A DNA stretch of 64,000 nt. Source: Balanoglossus misakiensis. Taxonomy: Eukaryota > Animalia > Hemichordata. Positions 49,695 to 62,500 of this stretch are shown here, one piece after another (positions within the stretch are counted from its first letter, which is position 1; the number at the start of each line of letters is the position of its first letter). Location of the stretch: positions 7,678,047 to 7,742,046 of the forward strand of contig CM082591.2 of NCBI GenBank assembly GCA_040954595.2. Direction: 5' to 3'. The translations under genes were made by a program, and so were the position numbers. Below the pieces are notes generated by a model that saw only the letters and a list, made by a program, of their open reading frames with translations, searched no databases and was not told the DNA's origin.

Positions 49695-50512
49695 TTATGT
49701 CTGCTTGCAGAATACTTTGATTTGGTCGCTGTACCACTCTCTAACAGCAATTCTGTCACCGCTGACTGCAAGGAAGTAAGGGCTACTCACCTCACCTTCA
49801 AATAAGTGACAGATCCACTCTCCATCAAATCTCCATTTCACAATCCTATCATTCCACCGATCACACACAAACAAATTATCGTCGTCATCGACGTCAATGC
49901 TCCATGGAAGCCACAGCTGACCAGGACCTGAACCTTCCACACCAAATTGATACAAGAATTTCAATTCAGCATCAAAACAATTGATGCGGTGATTGTAACA
50001 GTCAGACACCATGATGACATTCTTACTGTTGACCACCACAGAGTATGGGGAATGGAATTGTGCTTGGCCATCACCTCGACCACCAACCTCTGCAACATAC
50101 TGACCATCTTGGGTGTACTTGAGTAGCCGATGACCTGTGACCTCAGTGACCAAAACAAATCCATTCAGTAGAGCAATGCCACAGACATCGACGCCTGCAG
50201 GTAGAGTAATTATTCTAAGAATTTTATTGTTTTGATCACAAACAACAATTTGAGAATTTCCATCATCACTTATGAAGTAGATGTTGTCATGGGAGACAGC
50301 TACATCCCATGGCTGGAATGGCTTTGCAAACTGACCATCAAAACTTCCCAAGACTTTGTCACAGGTGTTATCTTGATTCAGTATCTGTACAACCCTGTTG
50401 CCTCGGTCACACACCACTAGTTTGTCACCATGGAACACCATACTTCTTGGTTCTTTAAACTTTCGCCCTGGCTTTGGACTTTGGCCATCCAGTGTCCTCA
50501 CTGACCAGTGAC
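49695..50512 (-). CDS. Exon H: NHL-repeat six-bladed beta-propeller, terminal exon
   Basis: Repeated F..P.....V.D..N.RI motifs (FKEPRSMV..VCDRGNRVV, FQPWDVAV..ISDDGNSQI, FHSPYSVVV..VSDCYNHRI, LWLPWSIDV..VCDRWNDRI); ctaacag acceptor, phase 1. Confidence 0.92.
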
Positions 50513-53500
50513 CTGTTAGGTGAAACAGAGGTCAAAGGTCAAACATGCTGTACCCTATTGAAATGCATTAGGAATATGATGCTGGAGTTAGTGTTTTATT
50601 GTTCATTTTAACAAGAGAAAGCATATTACAAAAGAAACGAATCATTGCTATGGCAACTGAACTACTAAAGGGCAGTTTCTCTACACAATGTTTACAGTGA
50701 CAAGTAACCATGGCAACCAGACTAACCCCAGTTTGCGAAACTAATTTTTATTGCTCTGCAATACCAAGGAAGAAATTTATTGTCTCTTTGTTGACAGATT
50801 ATTATAAAATACATGAAAGACTTTCTTATTTAACCATTCAATAGATATACTAACATTGATGTTACTATGGTAACGCATTTGAGAAAATCAGGTCAAAAAT
50901 ATTTTTTTTCTTATAACTTTTGACTTCATAGACATTTCATAAAAAATCTTGAACTAAACGTCTGGGATAATTCCTCAGTTCATTATTTTTCTGAACAAAT
51001 TTATTATGGTAACATTATTAACTGGTAACCATGACAACTGAATTTATTTTGCAAAATATGACATTATGCAAGAGTTAGTGTTTTAATAAAATTTCCTTTA
51101 ACAAATTGAATTAATGCTTGGATAAAATTGCTGCCAAAGTACCATATATGTTTTTCAATACCAAATAACCATGGTAACATACATGGAACAGATCAGTAAA
51201 ACAATGATCATTGTCTTTTAATTTTAAAGATGGTTATGTTGAATATATTGATTTTGATATTTCTTGACATGTTTACAATCATTTTGAACCACATACACAT
51301 ACACTAGTTAGTAGGTCCGCAAGTTCTTGGTTTGTGTTATAGGTCAGAAAAGAAAAATGCCTTATGAATGAGATGAATATACATTTGTTTCTTTTTCTAG
51401 TCGACCAGAGATGGTCTGCTTTCAAATCAGTAATTATCACATTGGTGAAGAGAGAACAAATCTACTGTCCTCAGCTGAGAAGGCTGCCACTTTCTGAGAC
51501 CAAGTGAGTATTTTTGTTGAACAAATGCATGAGAAAATAATTGTTGTAACTTTAACTTCAGAGAATTTACTGATAATGTTGTCCTATAATAAATAGTGGG
51601 CTACTTGAAACGAAAATAGACTATTGAAAATGGTAAAATATTTTGAGTAGAAAATCTATGTGAAAGGAGTTTGTTAATCATTGCAGATGATCTGAAAGAT
51701 GGAAAACCTACAGTCACTTAGGATGAGTCATGATAATGGTCTGTCTCAACACCACTGGCTGTTCCAGATTTTCACTTAGATAAAAAATATTGGTAAGTCC
51801 CTAATTTGAATTTCATAATTTAAATTGTACTATGAATGCAGTGGGGTAAGCTAAATGTATAAAACATTTTCGTACAGTGCTATTAACCCTTCCACCACCA
51901 TGGTTTGGTCTAAGTCCGTTGTTTCTATGGTAAATGTGGACCTCTATAGAGGGAACTATGGGGTAAAGGGTTAACATGGGGTCCTTGAGGAAACACGGAA
52001 AGACTATTAGCCACTGATGCTTTACTCTGAACAGATGATTCCAGTGAAATGTGTACTTTTACAGTTAGCCTCAACATTTTCTGAGCATGTCAGGTTTCAT
52101 TGCCTTACCTTTCTCTCCTGTAGTCTGTCTTTCTTTTGACTTTGGTTCATCTTGTTTGGTTAGGTCTGCAGACCCAGATGCTTCTTCTCTTGTTGTCTCA
52201 GGTTGTGTTGGTTTGGTTTTGGCATCCCCAGTTTCTTTTTCTGCAGTTGTCTCAGGTTGTGGATGTTTGGTTTCCCCCGATCCAGTTTCTTCTTCTCTTC
52301 TCATCTCTGGTTGTGTTGGTTTGGTTTTGGCATCCCCAGTTTCTTTTTCTGCAGTTGTCTCAGGTTGTGGATGTTTGGTTTCCCCCGATCCAGTTTCTTC
52401 TTCTCTTCTCATCTCTGGTTGTGTTGATTTGGTTTTGGCATCCCCAGTTTCTTTTTCTGCAGTTGTCTCTGGTTGTGGATGTTTGGTTTCCCCCGATCCA
52501 GTTTCTTCTTCTCTTCTCATCTCTGGTTGTGTTGGTTTGGTTTTGGCATCCCCAGTTTCTTTTTCTGCAGTTGTCTCAGGTTGTGGATGTTTGGTTTCCC
52601 CCGATCCAGTTTCTTCTTCTCTTCTCATCTCTGGTTGTGTTGATTTGGTTTTGGCATCCCCAGTTTCTTTTTCTGCAGTTGTCTCTGGTTGTGGATGTTT
52701 GGTTTCCCCCGATCCAGTTTCTTCTTCTCTTCTCATCTCAGGTTGTGTTGGTTTGGTTTTGGCATCCCCAGTTTCTTTTTCTGCAGTTGTCTCAGGTTGT
52801 GGATGTTTGGTTTCCCCCGATCCAGTTTCTTCTTCTCTTCTCATCTCAGGTTGTGTTGGTTTGGTTTTGGCATCCCCAGTTTCTTTTTCTGCAGTTGTCT
52901 CAGGTTGTGGATGTTTGGTTTCCCCCGATCCAGTTTCTTCTTCTCTTCTCATCTCTGGTTGTGTTGATTTGGTTTTGGCATCCCCAGTTTCTTTTTCTGC
53001 AGTTGTCTCGGGTTGTGGATGTTTGGTTTCCCCCGATCCAGTTTCTTCTTCTCTTCTCATCTCAGGTTGTGTTGGTTTGGTTTTGGCATCCCCAGTTTCT
53101 TTTTCTGCAGTTGTCTCAGGTTGTGGATGTTTGGTTTCCCCCGATCCAGTTTCTTCTTCTCTTCTCATCTCTGGTTGTGTTGGTTTGGTTTTGGCATCCC
53201 CAGTTTCTTTTTCTGCAGTTGTCTCTGGTTGTGGATGTTTGGTTTCCCCCGATCCAGTTTCTTCTTCTCTTCTCATCTCAGGTTGTGTTGGTTTGGTTTT
53301 GGCATCCCCAGTTTCTTTTTCTGCAGTTGTCTCTGGTTGTGGATGTTTGGTTTCCCCCGATCCAGTTTCTTCTTCTCTTCTCATCTCTGGTTGTGTTGAT
53401 TTGGTGTTGGCATCCCCAGTTTCTTTTTCTGCAGTTGTCTCTGGTTGTGGATGTTTGGTTTCCCCCGATCCAGTTTCTTCTTCTCTTCTCATCTCTGGTT

Positions 53501-56500
53501 GTGTTGATTTGGTTTTGGCATCCCCAGTTTCTTTTTCTGCAGTTGTCTCTGGTTGTGGATGTTTGGTTTCCCCCGATCCAGTTTCTTCTTCTCTTCTCAT
53601 CTCTGGTTGTGTTGATTTGGTTTTGGCATCCCCAGTTTCTTTTTCTGCAGTTGTCTCTGGTTGTGGATGTTTGGTTTCCCCCGATCCAGTTTCTTCTTCT
53701 CTTCTCATCTCTGGTTGTGTTGATTTGGTTTTGGCATCCCCAGTTTCTTTTTCTGCAGTTGTCTCTGGTTGTGGATGTTTGGTTTCCCCCGATCCAGTTT
53801 CTTCTTCTCTTCTCATCTCTGGTTGTGTTGATTTGGTTTTGGCATCCCCAGTTTCTTTTTCTGCAGTTGTCTCTGGTTGTGGATGTTTGGTTTCCCCCGA
53901 TCCAGTTTCTTCTTCTCTTCTCATCTCTGGTTGTGTTGATTTGGTTTTGGCATCCCCAGTTTCTTTTTCTGCAGTTGTCTCTGGTTGTAGATGTTTGGTT
54001 TCCCCCGATCCAGTTTCTTCTTCTCTTCTCATCTCAGGTTGTGTTGGTTCGGTTTTGGCATCCCCAGTTTCTTTTTCTGCAGTTGTCTCGGGTTGTGGAT
54101 GTTTGGTTTCCCCCGATCCAGTTTCTTCTTCTCTTCTCATCTCTGGTTGTGTTGGTTTGGTTTTGGCATCCCCAGTTTCTTTTTCTGCAGTTGTCTCTGG
54201 TTGTGGATGTTTGGTTTCCCCCGATCTAGTTTCTTCTTCTCTTCTCATCTCAGGTTGTGTTGGTTTGGTTTTGGCATCCCCAGTTTCTTTTTCTGCAGTT
54301 GTCTCTGGTTGTGGATGTTTGGTTTCCCCCGATCCAGTTTCTTCTTCTCTTCTCATCTCAGGTTGTGTTGGTTTGGTTTTGGCATCCCCAGTTTCTTTTT
54401 CTGCAGTTGTCTCTGGTTGTGGATGTTTGGTTTCCCCCGATCTAGTTTCTTCTTCTCTTCTCATCTCAGGTTGTGTTGGTTTGGTTTTGGCATCCCCAGT
54501 TTCTTTTTCTGCAGTTGTCTCAGGTTGTGGATGTTTGGTTTCCCCCGATCCAGTTTCTTCTTCTCTTCTCATCTCAGGTTGTGTTGGTTTGGTTTTGGCA
54601 TCCCCAGTTTCTTTTTCTGCAGTTGTCTCTGGTTGTGGATGTTTGGTTTCCCCCGATCCAGTTTCTTCTTCTCTTCTCATCTCTGGTTGTGTTGGTTTGG
54701 TTTTGGCATCCCCAGTTTCTTTTTCTGCAGTTGTCTCGGGTTGTGGATGTTTGGTTTCCCCCGATCCAGTTTCTTCTTCTCTTCTCATCTCTGGTTGTGT
54801 TGGTTTGGTTTTGGCATCCCCAGTTTCTTTTTCTGCAGTTGTCTCGGGTTGTGGATGTTTGGTTTCCCCCGATCCAGTTTCTTCTTCTCTTCTCATCTCT
54901 GGTTGTGTTGGTTTGGTTTTGGCATCCCCAGTTTCTTTTTCTGCAGTTGTCTCTGGTTGTGGATGTTTGGTTTCCCCCGATCCAGTTTCTTCTTCTCTTC
55001 TCATCTCAGGTTGTGTTGGTTCGGTTTTGGCATCCCCAGTTTCTTTTTCTGCAGTTGTCTCGGGTTGTGGATGTTTGGTTTCCCCCGATCCAGTTTCTTC
55101 TTCTCTTCTCATCTCTGGTTGTGTTGGTTTGGTTTTGGCATCCCCAGTTTCTTTTTCTGCAGTTGTCTCTGGTTGTGGATGTTTGGTTTCCCCCGATCCA
55201 GTTTCTTCTTCTCTTCTCATCTCTGGTTGTGTTGGTTTGGTTTTGGCATCCCCAGTTTCTTTTTCTGCAGTTGTCTCAGGTTGTGGATGTTTGGTTTCCC
55301 CCGATCCAGTTTCTTCTTCTCTTCTCATCTCTGGTTGTGTTGGTTTGGTTTTGGCATCCCCAGTTTCTTTTTCTGCAGTTGTCTCAGGTTGTGGATGTTT
55401 GGTTTCCCCCGATCCAGTTTCTTCTTCTCTTCTCATCTCAGGTTGTGTTGGTTTGGTTTTGGCATCCCCAGTTTCTTTTTCTGCAGTTGTCTCGGGTTGT
55501 GGATGTTTGGTTTCCCCCGATCCAGTTTCTTCTTCTCTTCTCATCTCTGGTTGTGTTGGTTTGGTTTTGGCATCCCCAGTTTCTTTTTCTGCAGTTGTCT
55601 CAGGTTGTGGATGTTTGGTTTCCCCCGATCCAGTTTCTTCTTCTCTTCTCATCTCAGGTTGTGTTGGTTTGGTTTTGGCATCCCCAGTTTCTTTTTCTGC
55701 AGTTGTCTCTGGTTGTGGATGTTTGGTTTCCCCCGATCCAGTTTCTTCTTCTCTTCTCATCTCAGGTTGTGTTGGTTTGGTTTTGGCATCCCCAGTTTCT
55801 TTTTCTGCAGTTGTCTCAGGTTGTGGATGTTTGGTTTCCCCCGATCCAGTTTCTTCTTCTCTTCTCATCTCTGGTTGTGTTGGTTTGGTTTTGGCATCCC
55901 CAGTTTCTTTTTCTGCAGTTGTCTCTGGTTGTGGATGTTTGGTTTCCCCCGATCCAGTTTCTTCTTCTCTTCTCATCTCTGGTTGTGTTAGTTTGGTTTT
56001 GGCATCCCCAGTTTCTTTTTCTGCAGTTGTCTCAGGTTGTGGATGTTTGGTTTCCCCCGATCCAGTTTCTTCTTCTCTTCTCATCTCGGGTTGTGTTGGT
56101 TTGGTTTTGGCATCCCCAGTTTCTTTTTCTGCAGTTGTCTCTGGTTGTGGATGTTTGGTTTCCCCCGATCCAGTTTCTTCTTCTCTTCTCATCTCAGGTT
56201 GTGTTGGTTTGGTTTTGGCATCCCCAGTTTCTTTTTCTGCAGTTGTCTCAGGTTGTGGATGTTTGGTTTCCCCCGATCCAGTTTCTTCTTCTCTTCTCAT
56301 CTCAGGTTGTGTTGGTTTGGTTTTGGCATCCCCAGTTTCTTTTTCTGCAGTTGTCTCAGGTTGTGGATGTTTGGTTTCCCCCGATCCAGTTTCTTCTTCT
56401 CTTCTCATCTCAGGTTGTGTTGGTTTGGTTTTGGCATCCCCAGTTTCTTTTTCCTCAGTAGTTTCAGTATCACCAGCTTTAATTCAAAATTGAAATGAGA

Positions 56501-59500
56501 AGACACAAATTTAATTCCCTTGAGATTGTAATGTTAATAAATATATCTTCTGAAGCCTGATAAACAGTGTTGAAAATTAAGCAGAATATGGTGACCTCAG
56601 TTTAAAGTAGAAAAAAAATCAGAAACATTCTCGTATACAGTTAATGATAGTGACAATTGAAGCAAGATGATAAAATGAAAGCCAATATGGTACATCCTCT
56701 GGATTGTTGTAATCATCAGCATGTCTCATTTACAAGGCTTAATAATAATATGAACCAGCCATTGTTTATGACACATATGACCACATCCCAAAGTAAAACT
56801 TTAAATCAATCTCACCTTGTTCAGTTTTCAATGTGATCTCTTCTCCCAGTTGAAGACTCATAGCCTTTTTCAGTTGCAGCTCATTATCATATTGTTCATC
56901 ATGTTTTTTTGATAATTTCAACTTGAGTTCAGCAATTATTTGGTCTTTCTGATCAAGTTTGGACTTCAACTCTTGGATGTGTCTAGGGTCTGATTCTTCT
57001 AATCTTTGCTTGAGGGAAATGACATCCAGAAGTTGTGTGAAAGCTACTTTTTCAGTTTTTTCAAGTTTCTGAACACAATCTTTGTACTGTTTTTCTAAGA
57101 GGGACTTTTCCTGAATTGCTTCTTTCAACTGATTCTCTAGAATCGTGTTTTCTGCTCGAAGTTTGAACTTTTCTGCCAAGGTCTCATCCATCTGCTGTTT
57201 TAGAGATTTCTTATCTGATTTCAAGGACTGCATTTCTTGGAACTGTTTTAGACTAACTTCAAAGGGCAGTAAGCTTTGTGCTTGTGAGCTGATAGATTCA
57301 TGTGGAATGGAAAGAACTGGTGTGCCATATTGTATGATTTTCCCCTCCAAATCTGAAATGAAGTAGATTAAATAATTTTTATTTAAATGTAGGATGTACA
57401 TTAAGCAATCTGCAGATGTCAAATACTTTTTTTTTACTTTCACCTTATTATTTAAATTTGTGAAGTAAATTTCACAATGCTATTGACCTTGGTAGTATAT
57501 GCAGGAAATGGCTTTGTCAAATTCAATAAATTTTGAATGCTCTAGTTTAGTATAAATTGATAAAAAATAATACCGATGGATGAATGGCGATAATTGTTTG
57601 TTGTAACGTGTGAGTAGTCATTTTTAAAAACAAGGAAAATATTTCCTGTACTATTTGGTTGCTTTGTGTATCTTGGTACTGAAAGAAAGAAATTCTGAGA
57701 GTTTCAGTCAAACCTTTGGATTGTGTAATATGCTTGTCAGACTTGGTGACTAATGTAATAAAAATCACTGTTTATTACCTGATTCACTGAAATCAGCCCT
57801 TTCTGTGTCAGTCATAAGATACCTTCTAACACCCAGTAACTCTAAGATGCGAGGTCTGTGTGATAGGATATGCTGAACTTTCTTGGTCATTTTCCCTGAT
57901 AGTTGTATGATGTCAAACTCTCTTCCTTTCTGTCTTTTACACTGCTCACTGTCAAATATCTGAGGTGCATATTTGTCTGCTGACTTCTGGAATTTACATG
58001 TTGGATCAATCTCCAGAAATGTCTTGTATATTGTCCCACCTGCAAGACATACATGATGTACAATTCTTTTAATTTTTTGGTAAAACAATTCCCATCTTAA
58101 TGATGAAATGTCTCTATCTGTGATTAAATGGTCTCTATCAAAGAGGCCTAAAATGGCACCTTTGCCCAGAGTAACAGTAGGTTTAGGAAACTCAAATGAT
58201 ATAACAACATACATGTATGAACATGACGATCAAGCCCAAAATCTTGTACTTAGGGAGCCGTCATTATTTATGGCCTGGGGGGGTCGGAGGAATCAAGGGG
58301 GGGTTACTCAAAAATTGGAAGGCTGCAGGGGGGGGGTTTCTCAAAAATTGTAGATGAAGAGGGGGGGGTCACTCATTTTTGGGAAATGTATCAAAGTTTT
58401 ACAACTGAAAGATTTAGTTGTGTGCTGTGCAAGTGCTGCAGCGCTCCGCGACCTCCGGTCGCGGAACACCAGAGTGTCCACACTGCACTGTCAAAGTATT
58501 TTTCCCAAAATTTGCTGATAAAGGATTGGCATGCTTGCCTGATCATGCATAAAAAACATTTACTCCTTATTATTTTTTAAGAAATAAATATTATTATTAT
58601 TTATTAAAATACTGAAAAATGCATACTACATGTATATTCAAGCAAATGTAAGTTTTTGTTTTCTTTGTCTTTTTTTCTCTGACCTCTTTGTCACACGTTT
58701 GGTAATCTCTTGAGTCTATGGATAAACACAATATTGCAGAAATAATGTTTTGATAACATAAATAAAATAAAAAATCTCAAAAAATGCATTCTAGCACATA
58801 AATGATTCTTTGATATAGAATGTTTCATAAAGGTTAAATATAAAACATATAAATACTTTAACAGAATAAACGTAATGATGAAACAGACAGTGATGATGAA
58901 AATGATATTGTTTTGAATGAAATGAACAGCACCAGTGAAAGTGAAAGTGAAGATGACAGTGGTGACGATATAGTACCTGTACAGTCATTTCCAATAGTTG
59001 TTACAAGAGGGGGAAGGACAGCCGGATCATGGCGGAATGCTCCCAGCAGATACCTATATAAGCACATAGAACTGAACTACCTGAACTGTTGTTAATTCAC
59101 AGAAATATATTTTCACCAACAAAGTTTGATAATCATTTTGACTATAAACGATGCCTGTCCAAATTACACAATGCTACTTGATGGTTACTGGTTATGGGTG
59201 AGCTTTTACGGTAATCATTATTTAGTTGTGACTTTGAGATTGTTTTGTTGTTTCACCCTTTTCAATCCATCATGATGCAACTGATGATCACCTACAATGT
59301 AGCAGGGTGAACCTGGAGTTGAAAGGTCTTTTACTACACTACTGTAATAGTGATTTATACAGATACATGTATTGATATGTAGTTGTTCCGGTTTTAGGGG
59401 GGGGCCAGTCGAAATTTCTATGTTGTAAGGGGGGGGTTTCTCAAAATCTGCATGCTTGGCAGGGGGGGTTTCTCAAAATTTTGGAGTTTCTAGTGTAATT

Positions 59501-62500
59501 CCTCCGACCCCCCCCCCCCCCAGGCCGTAAATAATGACGGCTCCCTTACCTCGTTTCAGGTCAATCTGGAAATGATCAGAATGAATTTCCATCTCTGCAT
59601 CTTGGAAAGCAAGACATGTTCTTTGATCCTTTATTGGATATAATGGAGATTTAGTATTTATTAGTATATGGTAGTGAATAATTTGTAATATAGAATAGCA
59701 CATTATTGTTTTCAGAATCATTACAGTAACTGTGTTGTCATTTAATTTAACATGATATTGTTTCATTCACTCACATAACACACTAACATAACAATCTCAA
59801 TATATCTTTACCTGATCAATTATATCATCATCACTTTCCTCTTCTACACTGTTATCACACACTTTCACTGATCTTATTCCCCCACCATCTCCTGGAAGAT
59901 AATAAAACAGGAAATGTATAGTGTAATATGTACACTCTTGATTCTTTGGAAAAAATGTCTAAGACTTGAGAAATTAGCTTAGAGATAATACAGTTAACGA
60001 TGCAACATGTTTTGATTTTGTTTGTCAGAAACAATTTTTATATTGCATCTTTAAAATTTATTTTGAAGTGTTTTAGTGTTTCTGTGCAGTTTGCACCTTT
60101 GTTATAAGCTGAACCAATTATTATTCATGTAATCATGTGTAGACTGAACAGCCTCACTGACTTTAACTTGATATTTGTTCTTGTTCATGAGTAGTTAAGT
60201 CTGGACTGATTTCTGTGCTTATGAGGGAAGACTAGTTACACTTACTGTTCAGGAAGAATAGTTCCAGTTCATCAAACCTGGCTTGGTCATATGTTGCTGT
60301 CAACTGTAGTGGAATTCCAGCTGTGTTGGCCTCTGTCATTTCATCTGTCATCAAGATTGGTTCAAACGCTTTGGCTAAACTTCTTGAATCTTCAAGACAG
60401 CTTCCCCGCAATCTGTAAAGATTATAAAGTCTACGCATGTTGGCTGTGATTTGCAGAGATCCTTTTTCCATATTTGTTATGTCCACTTCACCCAGTTTAT
60501 CAGTGCAGGCCTTCTTGACTTTGTTGATGTCATCACCGTTGGTTACCACTTCAGCTGCTCTTCTCTCCAACCCCTGTTTGCATTTGTCCCAAGATGCAGA
60601 AGCCGCCTGCTGCATTGCCTCGTTCGGTGCTTCGTCTTGTAGATGCTGCTGATAGACATTTGCATTCAGTCCGACATGGATTGTAATTGTTGTGTCAGCT
60701 GGAGATAGGAGAAAGAACGTGATTTAGCTTGTGTAATCAACACTATGTTTTCTAGAATTAGCTGCTTATTAAGTGTAGTACAATACTCCCAACCACTACC
60801 CCACCCACATCCCGATTTTTCTAATGTCTGTAGTTACTTATAATTAATTACTTTAGAAATGAACAGGTTTTTAAATGGTCATTTGCAGATAAGAAGAAAT
60901 TGTAGACACAACAGAATTCAGTTTATTTTTAGAAATAAGATGGTATCTCAGTGATGCATGCATGTCTGTGCAGGTTTCACTATTTAACCAAATTAGAATT
61001 GAAAGTGTAGACAGCGTAGTCTTGAAGTTGAAAACTAAAGAAACAATTACCGGTACTATATGTATCCTTAACTAGACACAGCATAATTTACTAAACCTAT
61101 ACGTACCTGTTGCATTTTGTCTGTCCTTTTTAGTGCATTGGTCATGTTCATCTTCTTGTTGTTTTCTTCCCTTTGGTGTCAACATACTGGCAAATGTTGC
61201 ATAACTCTTTTTGACATCTTCACTCTCCATGAAAGCCTTCTTCAGCTCCTTAGCTTCTTCAAAAGCTAACCTGGTCTTCTTGACATTCCATATTATCTTC
61301 TCTGAAATCTTATCAGATGAGTGTGACACTACAAATCTGTCTGCGTAGTATGGAAAGTATTTCTTGATTAACTTTCCAAGCTGGGAATATTCAGTGGGAT
61401 AGGTTGGTGTTCCGGATGCTACACCTTCTAAACCACTAAATCCATAGTCGTCACTGAAAGGTGGTGGAAGGCAAATGTCAGATTGACAAAGTGATCTCCT
61501 TAAGGTCTTTGCCGAGTAAGCAGGGAGAAGATGTGCCTTTACGTGATCGCTGTTTATCTGCTGTAGGAGATATTTTCGTTCAGCATGACCTGCTTGTCGA
61601 GAAGCTCCCTGTACTGACCATTTCAGAAGTTTGTCATATTTAACATCTTTCAGTACTTTTGCTGCACTTCCAATAGAAGCTGCTAGTGTCTCACATCTGT
61701 CCAGGGCTTCTTGGGTATCAATCGGTCCGTATGTCAGTATGCTGTGAGTTGTCACTTCTTCTGGTAACTTTGGGTCCATCTTGAAAAAGATTTCAGCAGG
61801 TTTGGGTATAATCTCTGCATGAGGGATCATGTGTAGTTCCCTGTCATCAAAGGGAGCCCGGTATTCGTTCTGGAAATGCTCATACACACTTGGACCAATT
61901 GAGAATATGATGTCAGCTTCACTGGCCATCTTCAGCATCATTTCACTGAACTTTTCTGTTGATAATCCCAGCAGACAGTTATCATCTTCATAGGCATGGT
62001 TGATCATCACTAGTTCTGCACCTGGAAATACTTTCTCTCTGATGTCTGCAGCAGCGGGGAAAGTCTTGGGAGCATAACCAACAACATGCTGGATGTTTAC
62101 AAGCTTTTGTAAGTCAGGATAATAGATTTTATGATACATCAACCACTTTAATTCTGGCTTGTCTTCATCTGGGTCGATTCTTCCCTGTCTTTGTCCTGGA
62201 ATCAATTTAACCCGACACTTGGCAGCATCTGCCTTCTGGTCACCACTGACTTTGACACCAACAAAGGTGGAGTAGGCTTGAACAGGAGTTCCTTCTTCAT
62301 CTTTCCTTGCACAGACATCTTGTACAAGAATTCTGTGAAACCCAGTCAAGCCACAATCTTCTTTGTTCCATTCATCATGCACAAACAATACTCCAGGAGG
62401 TGGATCTGGCAGATGGAGTTGATGAAGTTTGGCTTCAGGGAAGAGACTTTCATGGATTGCTTTGGCTGCATTGTGTGTCTGTGGAGAATATCCGACTACA

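Noticed and set aside
49695-50512. Calling the NHL gene TRIM71/brat/TRIM2
   Set aside because: No RING, B-box or filamin domain is present in the linked exons, so no gene symbol is justified.
51361-51800. Extra exons between the repeat exon and the NHL exon
   Set aside because: Candidate acceptors lead to in-frame stops, and exon G joins exon H in phase without them.
52087-56498. Long + strand ORFs (1468, 697, 666 and 662 aa)
   Set aside because: Antisense shadows of a 108-bp repeat that lacks stops. Only the - strand frame has splice sites joining neighbouring exons and a plausible composition.
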